Shown: positions 38,502 to 51,077 of the stretch, piece by piece
How the letters are laid out: each line of letters starts with the position of its first letter
Position numbering within the stretch: position 1 is the first letter of the stretch
Source: Trichosphaerium sp. ATCC 40318
Taxonomy: Eukaryota > Protista > Tubulinea
Length of the DNA stretch: 64,000 nucleotides
Reading direction: 5' to 3'
Assembly: GCA_038496445.1 (NCBI GenBank)
Contig: JALMLS010000250.1
Span: 1 to 64,000 of the forward strand
The notes under the pieces: generated by a model
Database searches by the model: none
What the model saw: only the letters and a program-made list of their open reading frames with translations
What the model was told of the DNA's origin: nothing
Made by a program: the position numbers and the translations under genes

Positions 38502-39513
38502 ATGTCTTCCGCCGTTACAATTTTTCTGTTTCTATGTATAGCGATCAATATTTGTTTATCAAATACTTGCGTTCCCACGTGCCAAAACAATTGGTGTAAT
38601 AGACAGGTCCAACCGCGTTAAAACTAATCCTACTAACGAAAGTAGCCTCCATTTGAAGCTTGCTGTCCAATAGCATACAAAGTAGATCCTTCCTTACCTA
38701 CAGCAATGATACTTGGTGATTCGGTGTCTATAGGATACTGGCATGTAGCAGAACAACTATTAGACGGAAAGGTACGCGAATAGGCCATTTTTTTATGGAA
38801 TAAAAGTTTTTTTAGGCTAATGTCATTCACAATCCGCCACAATTTGATGGTAGTGCTGCCAACACGTTAAAGGGAACTCTTTGTATTGAACGTAAATATC
38901 TAAATTAATATCTTTTGTGCTAACTATGGTCCAGAGTGGCTTTTTACAAAACCTGTTGTGAAGATTGATGTTATCCATTTCAATTTTGGCCTTCACGATG
39001 TTGACACACGTGATAACGGGTTTGAGCACGTTGATTTGCCTAAGTACAAAGAATACCTTGGAAAAATAATACAAACGCTTAAGCTCACTAATGCAACACT
39101 TATATGGGCTTCAACAACGCCAGTCCCTTCGCCTAACACTACAGTACGTCCTATCCGTTTCGACATTGTCGAATATTTACTATTTGTTCAAGAATTGTGT
39201 TATTGCGACAAGTGAAGCTTCTGTAATTGAGTATAATGAAGCAGCGCTTGAAGTGGCGAAAGAAAACGGTGTTACTATAGTAGACGATCTACATAAGGCC
39301 GTTAACGACTTTTGTCATCCAGGTTACTCTACCTGTTCAATACAAGATGAAGGTACGCTGAGTATTTGTTTGTTTTGGGTTTTTATTGATTGTTTGTTAG
39401 GATGTGTACACTACCGCAAAGATGGATATGAACTACTTGGAAAAGCTGCTGCAAAGTCTATAGAAGCACATCTACCACAAGTATCCGCTCTCGAGCAACT
39501 AGGAACAGAATAG
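38502..39513 (+). CDS. Secreted SGNH/GDSL hydrolase, paralog 2
   Basis: ILGDSVSIGY, DVIHFNFGLHD, WASTTPV, GCVHY; same intron positions as 2742-3794. Confidence 0.88.
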
Positions 39514-39584
39514 TTGTACAATTTAACATAGTAGCAAGATTACAGTTTGATTTTATAACATACAAAAAATAGTCTTTTTTGTGT

Positions 39585-42500
39585 TTAATTAGGATTTCCC
39601 GCTCCTCTATGAAAGTGATACTTATTTTTATAAAAGTGATTAAAGTCAAGTCGAACAGTAAAATTAGCCAACTGGTAATCGTATTCAGGCGAAGAGAACG
39701 TAGTGAGCGAAGCTACAAACAAAAAAATTAGCAAATTGTTGAAAAAGAAAAAAATCACGTGACAGTACTTATTAGGTTGCGTATGTAGTAGTTGAAGAAC
39801 TTTTCGAACTTCTGAACATTTCCAGCAAATTCTTTACCGAAACCCTTTTGAGCTTGTCGTTTAACGGCCTGAAAGAAAAGAATAAGTGATACTAGTATTT
39901 TCTCATTTTTTTCTAATTATAAAGTTCTTTGACAAAGAAACCATAACAACGGACATGCTTAGAGCGGGCATACCTCGATACGTTGTTTCCTCCTTTGGTA
40001 TCGCTGTTTGCTGTACTCCTTTGGATTAGTTTTTTTTGTTTTTAGAGGAGGTGCAGCGACATCTTTTGGAACAAGGGAGTTAACACTACTCATTGTGAAT
40101 TTTGCGAATCTGACGCAAATAGTAAGCAGCTTCTGAATTGCCTATGAACCACTAAGTATAATCTAACATATTAAGTATTCTCGTGTTACCGCAAATAGAT
40201 TAGGCTCAGTTAACATGCACTGGCGAAGACAATTATCAAGGTAGGAATGATGAAGTCTAGCAACTTGTTCAACTGTTTCAGCCTGTAAAAAAGCAATGAG
40301 AATCTTGCGCAGTGTTTCGCGTAAGTTTTACCGTTTTGATATTTTTTACTAAATCAAGGTAGTAAGGTTCAATAACCTCCACCATCATATAGTACTCAAG
40401 ATTCTGTACGAAGTGAAGCATTTTTTGTCGTAAACTGAAGGATGGAGCCAACGCTTCTCGAACACAAAACTCTGTTGTAGTTTGATGAGAAATCCAAGTC
40501 TAAGTAAAATATTACTGTCAGCTATGTCCCCTTCAAACTTGGTGTATAACATTGTCCATACCTGCGCCAACAAGCGTTCAACATACTTGCAATAAAATAG
40601 ATGTTTGAAAAGAAGTTGGTACTTAGTTAATGCCCTCTCACTTAAAATAAGCGATGAAGGCCACTCCACTTTGTAGTTTAAGGACATTGATAAAACACCT
40701 TCACAAAAACAGTTAACAGTTTGAGAAACAAGCAAGTTTTGGAGCGAATGTAATTCAAAGCGAACTGGAAAAAATGACAAACTTACCTGTAAAGTCTGGG
40801 TCGCTTTTACCACGTGCAGGTGATGGCTGAACAGACCCTTCAGTTTGCTTGTAGCCCATCACTTGTGTTAAGAGCCTTGATAATAATTCACTTAAATCTT
40901 CTGAAGATAACCTCACAGTAAGCTTGTCAGCAAAGGCATCATCCTACGATTAACATTAACAACAAAAAAGAAAAACGAACAAAAGCTTACAGTGAGTACA
41001 GATGAACGTGTTGATATCTCTAGCATTGTCTGTAGAGAATCAACATCAATATGAGATGGATGTTTAGATAATTCTGAGGCACCAATCTCTAAAAAGTGAA
41101 CAAACAAGTCACCTGTTTCCAAAAAAAAGCAACACTTCAATGACCTACGAAGAAGTAAACAAACAGCCATAATACATTCTTAAAATTATCAAAGGATGCG
41201 TACTTTAACAGTTTTACTAGTCTATATTTATCTATAATAAGCTTTAATAACTCCTGATTGGCATACTTATGCCCTTTATCAATCTGTTCAAGATACCTTT
41301 GAAAAAAAAAAAGATTAGAAATACACTCTTCATTTTCTTTTAGATAGGTTGATTGGTATCTCATAAACAACGACATAAAACTGAAAAATACTGCTACGTA
41401 CTCTCTTTCCAATGGTGAATATACAAAATTAAGAGTTGGTTGCTTGTCCATTGAAACACCACAATTCCGAATGACATTAATGTATTTTCCAGTAGACAAA
41501 ATCTTATCGGTTCCTCTCTTCAAGAAAATAGGAACATTCTCTGCAAATATACTAAATCTACCATCAAGAGACCTAATAGAAATATTACAACTCAAGCATA
41601 TCAAAAAAAAACCTAAAGAGTGCAACGTACTTTAATTCACGTCTTTGATTTGAACCTGTGTCTCTTATCATAAATTCGCCATAAGGATCGCTGAGAGATC
41701 CTTGCTGTACCCACTCTTGTAGCATATTTAAGTATGGTCTCGATGCCTTCTCAAGCAAGAAAGAGAGTAGTTTCTGTAGTAATGTATCCCTTTTAAAAAA
41801 ATATTAACTCGACATAAAGAAAAAACAATCTTTAAAAACTCACCCTGATACTCTTTGAGCTGCAAGGTATAGATGATTTAGAAGAGCGCCTCCTTTTAAA
41901 GATTTGTTCGTTTTAACAACAGCCTTTACGGCTTTCCATATACGCATCCAATCCTGTACGTAGCACCACATGCCCTGCCAAGAGTCAGAAAATTATCTTC
42001 TTTTTCCTTAAAACGCACATGAAGTGTCAACTCTAATTTATTATAAAGCGTCTCCAATTGGCCTACGCGTATAAGGTAGTCCTAAGCTTATGGTTAAAGC
42101 TTGAAGATGTGATTAAAAAATTCAATAACTAAAATACCTTTGCAAGCTCATCAATGGCAGCGCATAGCGCGTGAGATACCTATGAAACTAGTTAAAAATT
42201 AAGTTTCAAACGGTACGCTCACAAAGCCGTATGAGAATTCTGATCGTTCCCGCGCGAAGTTAGCGACATACATGTAGTCTGAACATAGTGGTAGTATAGC
42301 ATCAATAAGACCATGCAATGAAACATCTGGTTTTTTTGGTTTAGCGCCATTTTTTACAGCTTCAGTACGCACGCAATGCTGTGTCTACCTCCCATTGAAC
42401 TTCCTCTGTTTTTTTTGAACGTTTTACTTTGATGTATTCTCCTTCAATGCCCTACACGCATTAATAGGCGATATTAGGCGTATAGCGTGCCATGAGAGCA

Positions 42501-42676
42501 AAAAGAAGCTCATCTAGAATGGCGCTTTCTTGAGCTTCGATTGGTTGTACGGAAAGTGGTACTCGCTCCGCGTAATGATTCTAAGCGATTTGAATAAAAC
42601 GTCAGGTTCTATAACGCTCATTTACCTCAGGAACTCTGTTATTGAGTGTTAAAAAGTAATTTGACGCCTGTGCCAT
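39585..42676 (-). CDS. TUBGCP2: Gamma-tubulin complex component (GCP2/Spc97-like)
   Basis: LDELLFALMGIEGEYI, KASRPYLNMLQEWVQQG..DPYGEFMI, KILSTGKYINVIR, GDLFVHFL, YKVEWPSSLILSERALTKYQLLFKHLF, RLDFN. Confidence 0.9.
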
Positions 42677-42803
42677 TTCGCTAGCCCACAGTGCAGTCAA
42701 AAAAAAATTCCAATTGAAAAAAAAAAAAAGTCAAAGGTTTAGTCAAAGAATTACCAAGATCACAAGCGAGAGGGCCCTGGCATTTGCCCTTCATCAACCA
42801 GTC

Positions 42804-45416
42804 ATGCTATCACTACAAACACTGTGTAAAGATACAGTGATTCGATTTATTGGCCAATACACAAGCTTGGAAATACCGACAGAGCTTGTAGTTAATATTC
42901 TATCCCACTTACAACAACGCAGTACCCTAACAGATAGGGTGTTGCCATTATTTACAAATTTAACACATGTTAATTTCTCGAACTGCAACATATCATCTTC
43001 AGGCCTAATCGCATACATAAATACATCTGGTACAACAGTACGTAATTCATAGAGGTTTCAAGATATTTACGACAAAACTAGCTTCGCTCATTCATCGCTA
43101 ATAACGTTGAAATGGACCCACTGGTAGTATCAAATATAGCTTGGAATTGCCCTGCACTAGAATTATTATCTCTAAATGAATGTGCACACGCTGTCTTAGA
43201 CAGCACAATACATCTTATTTCACTTCATTGTAATCGACTGAAATCGCTTTCTGTAAACGGTACGCAGCGCCTTTTCGCATTTTGAGAAAACCCTTTTTGC
43301 TCATCTTTTTTCGGGAATTACCAAAACTAATATGCACGTAGGATGTTGTTTGCTTTCAGATGACGCTTTAAGAAGCCTTTCTATGGCGTCATGTTTAGAA
43401 AATTTGGAATTAACATGTTGTCAGAAGTTAACGGACTCTGCTGTATCTATTATTCTAAAGTCTACGCTTACGGAAACACTGCGTTCTATTAATTTAAGTG
43501 GGTACGTACTATCTAACATCATAATGAAGTACAAACCGAAATGGTGTTTTTCCCCCTACTTACTGTCCTAACTTGTACTGATACTTTTAGATGCGTAAAT
43601 ATATGTCCTGCAGGGTTTTTGTTCCTAGTTGCAAAATGCAAAAAACTTGAAGACCTAAATATTTCCGGAAACCCCCAAATACAAGATATAGACGTTAGAA
43701 GTATACTAGAAGGTGCGTGTGGCAAAGTAAACTGGTTTTAAACTCACTGAGCAATTAGTTAATTCTAGTTTGAGAACTATTAATCTATCGTATCTATCAG
43801 GCATATCTACGCAAACAGTAGAGTTTTTAAGACGAGTAAACCACAAGAATCTACAAAAAATTGTATTCATAGGAAATACACAAATAGACAACAGACACAT
43901 GCGTACAGTTATCCGTCAAGGACGTTATAAAATAGTTGGGGGTGACATAAACTTGACAGTGCTACGAAACAGCGATGAAGTGGAAGTACGCCTTTTTTAT
44001 GACCTTTTGTTTTCCTGTTGTCAGAATAAAAGCTTAGCTTACTTTTTTTCTCTTAAAGCCTTTCACCACGTCTGTTGATAAATACACAACTTTTGATGCG
44101 TTTAAAGATATTGTTCAAACGCATATCAACACCCAAAGTGGTAATGATCGATCTTGGGAAAAACATGAGCTATTTTGTAGACATGTCTCACATAGAAAGA
44201 ATGGAACCAAGCGACCTTCTATTCTTATACGTAAGTGTCTTTCTTGCTTTCGTTTATATTTTTAAGAGAACTCGTTTACTCAGACGTTAATTTTGTAGAA
44301 GATGAACGACAGGACAAGTTAGTATGTGAGATGGCTGATGGGTGGCGTCATTTTTATTTACAACAGAACCAAGAAAAATGTAAGTGTATTTATTTTTATC
44401 AATTCGCCAAAAAAAAATATTTTCAACTTTGTTGGGGAATTCTTGAATACTTATTAACTACGCAGTACCTGCCGAAAACGAAAATACAATATACCTACGA
44501 ATCAAGTGTTGGAATAGCACAACGTTACAACCAGAAGACGTAGGGGATTTGTCCGTGCCTAATACGATGCTTTTGCATGAACTTAAAGCTCAGTTGCACA
44601 ATGAGCTTATACACAATATTCCAGCGTCTGAGATGGTTTTAGTGGAGGTGCGAACAAAAAATAATTGAATAAATTTATTACGCTACGCGTTGTAGCCGAA
44701 CTTGTTTTAAATTCTCCGTAGGAACAAACAGCGCTGAGATTCATGCTTCTAGAGCAGGATGATCTTTCATTAGGGCAATACGGTCTTGTTTCGGGAGATT
44801 TACTACACGTCGAAAGATTAAGACGAGGATTCCACACTGACGTACGTATTCGATGCGAAATAGCCTTTTGATGGCTTTACAAAAACGCAATTCGGCCAAG
44901 GTTTGATTTTTTTGGTAGTTACTTGAGAACCCTATGAAGCTTCAACATTCCATAACCGCGGACTACTATTACCAAAGAAGCGCACCAATCAAAGTTGAAG
45001 AAACTGAAGAATCTTATCGTCAGTACCTTCTACGGTTGTCTTTTAGTAAAGACAACGTATCAACAGTACCTAGACCATTCACATTTACTCTACAAATGAA
45101 GGTACATAACAGAAATTCCTTACCACGCGTCAGAGTCTCTAAATGTTCTTATTAAGGGTACTGACTCTTTTAAATCACTACGAGATCAAGTGAAAAAACA
45201 CGTAGGTGTTGACAATTTTAACGTATTTACAAAAGTATGTCCGGACATTGCTCTAGGCGGTACGTAGTCGTGTTGTATTTTAGTATTGGTTGGTTATAGT
45301 TGCTGATTTATTGTTTAGAAGAACATTACAATGAGATTTTACTTAAAGCATTACAAGGTAGCCAGTGGCTTTTAGTTGATATAAACTATGGTTATGATAT
45401 GATGGAATTAGGTTAA
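42804..45416 (+). CDS. BC-box/Cullin-box-like LRR protein with a C-terminal ubiquitin-like region
   Basis: N-terminal SLQTLCKDTVI plus IPTELVVNIL; Cys-containing LRRs (LELTCCQKLTDSAV); DDLSLGQYGLVSGDLLHVE UBL-like end. Confidence 0.65.
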
Positions 45417-45634
45417 ATTATAATGAAACAGAAAAAAAACAAAGAAAAGACGGCTTCAGTGAGCGGTGTTGTAAAACAGTGTAAATACAAAAAAAACAAT
45501 TTGCAATCTCTTTTTAATTCATTCGAGAGGAAGAAAATTATGAGAAAACCTTCGCGTAGCATCTCGCGTAGGAGGTTCAATAACTTTTTTTGAACAAGCC
45601 AGGTTGTATTCTTCTACAATTGTATTTATTCGAA

Positions 45635-46535
45635 TCAAAATACTCTTGCTTGTAATTTTTGAATATCTTTTTTGAGCATCTTAGAATCATTCACTGCTTT
45701 GTCATATAAAGTTCGTAGGCGCATAATCTCGTTAATAACAGTCTTTTGAGCTTCTAGAATTTCTTTCTCTTCTTCAACAGTACTAGCTTGTGCAAGCCCT
45801 AAACACTCAAATGTAAACGTTTCACATTTTACCAAGAAATAGTAAAAAATGTCAAACACAAAATTGAAATTACATTGGCTTACCATTTTCCCAATCATAA
45901 ACTACAGGAGCAATCTCAGATTGAGGATGCTTTAACATTATATTATGAAGCTTCCGTGAAGGATCTATAAACGATATTACCTAGTAAACCACAACCGTTA
46001 CATAAACTTCAAAAAATACACTTCGGAACGTACTCTGTATGTTTCTGATATTACAGGATCGCTTTTCTTCCTCTTCTTTCTTTGTGGCGGTGGCAACAGT
46101 TTTAAATCATGTTGGAACGTCACAGGTGATATACTCTCATCAACAAAGAATAATTCAATTTTAATCATAAATTCTCCCCATCCTTTTTCTGCGACCTGAA
46201 AAGGCGGTTTTTTAACGACTATGATATTGTGAGCATATTCATAACACGCTTTCATTGTATTTACGCCTTCTTACTTCGTAACGGATTCGCAAATGACTCG
46301 TGAATGTGAAAATGAACTTTTTTTATAAAATACGAGATGTCTTGGTCCTCAACGACGCCTCTAGGTTTCTTTGGTTATTTTCGATCAAATTACACTTTGA
46401 TAGTTCAAGTACGTACCTTACGTATGCCCTCCACGAGTGCGTAGCATCACCAGACTTTTTAGATATTACTTTCGCCGTAGAGCCGTAAACAATGCCTCGT
46501 TTATGTTCTACGCCATCTAGTATCAGAGCGTCCAT
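45635..46535 (-). CDS. YEATS4: YEATS-domain protein (Yaf9/GAS41-like)
   Basis: IVYGSTA, THSWRAYV, FTFTLHESFANP, KPPFQVAEKGWGEFMIKIELFF, C-terminal coiled coil. Confidence 0.85.
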
Positions 46536-46853
46536 GTAGACTAAATATAATCACCACTGTTGGTTCGTTATCAATTGAACTTTTCACTCAACAAGTTTCG
46601 CACGTGACACTTTTTGAAGTCAATAAAAATCAAAACTTGTTGCAATCTTTGCTTTTCTTGATTTGAAACCATGGAACATCTCTTCGGTACTGTATGATAG
46701 TGAATGAGACGTGTTAGAAATAGGAGCATTGAATCAATATCTTCGTTTTTCGTCAGTGATTAAAACAATTCAATGAAGTCATTTACCTACAAAGGAACAT
46801 TAATTTTCAACATAACCGAACACTGAAGCGTGGCTTACATTAACACGACAATA

Positions 46854-48097
46854 ATGGAATTAACAAAAGAACAAATACCTTCAACATCACTCGCCCACAT
46901 CACATTAGAATTAAACGTTAGTCAAGACAATGTTCAATCGACATTGCAAAAAATTCTGAACGCATGTGGTGTTCAACCAACAGCTGAAACAATACAGAAG
47001 GTACACTGAAGTTATACCATTATAAAACTAAATTTGTATGCAAGGTTTCAAGCACGTGCTCCGTAGAACGGGGTGGTACCTTAAAGTTAACAGCATGCGA
47101 AGACATTAAAAACCTTCAAGTTTCTATTCGCTCAGCAGAAGATTCTGTGCTCGTTCGAAAGATTAAATCGAATCATAAGTTCCTTAAAATCGTTCCTGAG
47201 GAGCAACAAGGATTGTGGTTGGATGCACTTATACAACTACAAGAGCTTGGATACGATAGATGGAAACCATGTTTCAATACAATGTACAAAATTGGGTTTT
47301 CTGGAAATATACAAGCCGTCATCAATGCAATGGAGGAACATAAAGCTTGGCGCCTCCAAAAGCGTGAAGAAAAGCGAGTGTATAGAGATCTTAAAAGGAA
47401 GCACTATTCTATGGATGATCATCACAAACACACCAACAAATATAAAAACAAGCATGCCCAAAAACGTTTGAGAATAGCTCAAGCAGAGTTGTACGTATCT
47501 CCTTGCCCTCCTGTACTTTCAATTTTTGTTTACATTAATTTAGCGATGAAGAACCGGCTATTGAGTTCCCTGACGATGTCACTCACTTGTTGCTAGATGC
47601 AAATAACATGATATTTATCACGCAGACTTTGCGAAATATGTTTCTAAAGGGAGACAAAAAGAAGGTTGAGAGCATATTCTTCGAGATGGCTAAAGATTTC
47701 GCTTCTTTATACCCAACACTTAGATGTGTTGAAGTATTATTTGATGGTAAATGTGACCAACAAACCCATAGGTAAGACAATTTTTGGAAATATACATTGT
47801 TCAAATGTTTGTAACTTCAATTGTAGGCTTGACAACGGCGTGGTCGTCACTTTAAGAGGATGTGTGCCTGAACACAATATTGCAGATGACGCTTTAGTAC
47901 ATTGGGCTCATGCAAATCCAACATTATGCCAGAGAACCCTCGTTGCAACTTCAGACAGGGAACTTAGTGACCGCTTAATTTCAGCAGGTGTCAAGTACAT
48001 ATTCAAATCAGGAGAGTGGATGAAGTGCGCTGTACTTGATTTAATCGGTGAGGATATGTCACTAGATGAATGGGCATATTCCTATGTTAACGAATAG
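46854..48097 (+). CDS. UBA-like plus YacP/Rae1-type NYN (PIN-fold) ribonuclease
   Basis: LIQLQELGY..NIQAVINAM (UBA-like); LLLDANN, VLFDG, IADDAL, LVATSDREL, KSGEW. Confidence 0.75.
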
Positions 48098-49003
48098 GAC
48101 AAAGTAACTGAACTCTATTCACTTCATTGTAAAATAACCAAAAAAACAATTGCCCAAAAATGTTTTACGATAATGTGTACTCCCGCTAAAACGGTTTATC
48201 ATGCAATAACGCCAGTTGTTACAACAGGGTACCCAGCATTGCTTCAATGCTATGTCATGATGAAAAACTTTCAATGAAGCCTTCCTTTCATAAAGAGCTG
48301 AGGACGTCGCTTTTACTTGTTAGGAATATACTGTAGAAATGTTGTTCAGTAATGCTGTTTCGTTCTAGTCTATGTTAGACAATAATACGCCGTAGTTGCT
48401 TTTTTAAATAGAACACAACATATCGATAAGCACAGTACCTTTTTTAATGCATTGTGCAGTATTGCAAAGCAATTAACTTTATCTTTAAATAGTTAGGTAA
48501 ACTATTTTACCCAAAGTGCTTTTAAACCGTAAATATTGATGAATGGTTAGCGTTGACGCTATATATATAGAGCTTATGGAGTGCGGAGATGGACAGAAAT
48601 AGAAATTGAAATGTAGACGAGGAGTTGACAACCCGAAAATAATAAAATAAAGCATTAGCGTCGTCTTTGCGTATCATTACGTTTGGAAGAGTTTTTGACA
48701 AGATACTGTCTATAAAAAAACGGAGTCTGTCTGAATTAGCTTTTTGTTGTCTAATTGGTACCCTGTAGTATCTACCTACCGTTTTGATGACCGAAATTTC
48801 AGCATTTTAAGGTATTTTAGAAACATCCGATTCTCCTTTAATCAGTAATCGGCAAAGTATTCTAACTTGATAATAGACCACGTATTTTATAAAATGAAGC
48901 AATTTAGGCGTTAAAATTGAGCTCTCATCCGGTCATAGCTTTTCAAATTAAAAAAAACTTTAGCCTAGCGCAGCAACTCAGTTTACTTTACTAAACTGAT
49001 AAA

Positions 49004-50872
49004 ATGAGCGAAGACATTGATAAGCATATACTTAAACGATACGAAATCGTATCGAAGCTTGGAAAAGGAGTAAGCACTTTTTAAAACCTTTTCTATATCC
49101 TATTCGTTGCCTACGTTGCAAAGAGCAGCGTTATTTTAAAATCAGAACCGCTTGTCGAACTAGACAACGATTCACTTGTAGGAGTGACTTTTTGTCGTTT
49201 GGCCTTGAAATCTCTTCTTACTTCGCTCTTTCAACACTGCAAACAGTTCTAACAATGGAACGCAGTGAGCTCCGATCTATTTTCAGCAGCTTTATAGTAT
49301 GACGCTAACTTTACCCAGGCGTACGGTATTGTATGGAAGTGTATCGACCAAAAGACAGGAGAAACTCTTGCTTTGAAAAAGATTTTCGACGCCTTTCAAA
49401 ACGCCACAGATGCACAACGTACTTTCAGGTAGCTCTAACACTAGCGTGTGACCCTAATTAACCTCGATCTTAGAGAGATTCTATTTTTGCAGGAGTTTAG
49501 TGACCATGAGAATATTATCAAGCTAAAGAACGTCTTGAAGGCAGAAAACGACAGAGATATCTACTTAGTGTTCTTTTACATGGAGACCGATCTACACTCC
49601 GTCATTCGCGCCAATATTCTAGAAGGTAAGTACCTTATTGCATTCTCTACACTCTCAAGTGTATTTTGAAACGTTTAAAGCTTCGTCGTATCTTTTTACT
49701 GACTTTCTTGTTTTCAGGTGTTCACATGAGATATATTGTATATCAACTACTCAAAGCAATTAAGTTCTTGCACACTGGTAATGTGTTGCATCGTGATTTG
49801 AAACCAGGTACGTTTTGATAATACGACGGATAGGAAGTAAAAACAACTTCTTTTTGTTTTTTTGTGTTTTTTCGGTTTTGTTAAGTGCTATTTAGGTAAT
49901 ATCCTCATTGATTCCTCTTGCGACGTTAAAGTAGCTGGTACGTTGTTGTTTTCCTTAGCGTATGCTTATTTTACTTGAGATTTCGGACTTGCCCGTCTCG
50001 TTGATGACGATAGCAAGGAAAAAGTCGCTCTTATGACTGACTACGTTGCCACTCGTTGGTACCGTGCTCCAGAGATTCTACTGGGTTGTAAAAAGTATAC
50101 AAAAGGTATGTTTAGCGCTTTTTTTTTCTTTCGCTAATTAACCGCCTAGGTGTTGATATGTGGTCCATTGGCTGTATTTTGGCCGAGTTACTCGGTGGAA
50201 AGCCTTTGTTCCCTGGTACATCTACAATGAACCAATTGGATCGTATCATGGAAATTACTGGAACTCCATCCGCCAGCGATATTGCTTGCCTTGACTCAAG
50301 TTATGCAGCTACTATGATAGCGTACGCTAGTTTCTCCGGCATTTGTATTTTTGTGCTGACTATTTTCGCAGTTCTCTACCTAAATCGCATCCTAAGTCGC
50401 CGGAGCAACTATTCCCACATGCTCCTCCAGATGCTATTGATCTGTTGATGAATCTTCTTGTATTTAACCCTGACAAGCGTATGACCGCTGAGGGTGCCTT
50501 GAAACACGAATACGTGTCTCAATTTCACAATGAGGAAAACGAACCTTGTTTTACCCACAAGATTACGCTCCCATTCGATGATAATACTAAGTTTACCATC
50601 GAAGAGTATCGTAACAAGTTATACTCGATGGTAGATAAAAAGAGGAAAGAACGAAGAGTTCAACGCGAAGGACGCCGCGAACGTAGAAAGAGCAGAAATG
50701 TAGAATCTACTAAAAAGGACAAGAAAAAACGTACGTTGATTGACAACCAGTGCTTCTCTCGTTTTCTGACTCTGGTTTAGATAGAAAGAGTTCGGAGAAG
50801 ACTCGTAAGTTAGACGACAAGAAAGCACGTAAGAAGGAAGACAAGAAATCCAAAGGTGACGACGATTCTTAA
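49004..50872 (+). CDS. MAPK15: MAP kinase, ERK7/ERK8 (Dictyostelium ErkB-like) group
   Basis: [70 protein letters not shown]. Confidence 0.95.
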
Positions 50873-51077
50873 ATCCGTCCCAAATACTGTAATCTAGCGT
50901 GTTAGAAATAAAACTTTCGTAGTCATTTGTGTTGTTTGTCTGTTGTCCTGTACCTCATAGTCCCGTTGACACGTGGTAACAAGCGATTGGTAAACTAGTA
51001 AATTTTTTTTCGCTTCAGGCCTTAATTGCTTAAGTTACATTTTTGTACGCAACGTCAGCAACTGGTAGCAACAAAAC

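Noticed and set aside
48253-48305. ATGATGA...CTGA box C/D snoRNA-like motif
   Set aside because: Only ~45 nt between boxes and no rRNA-complementary guide recognised.
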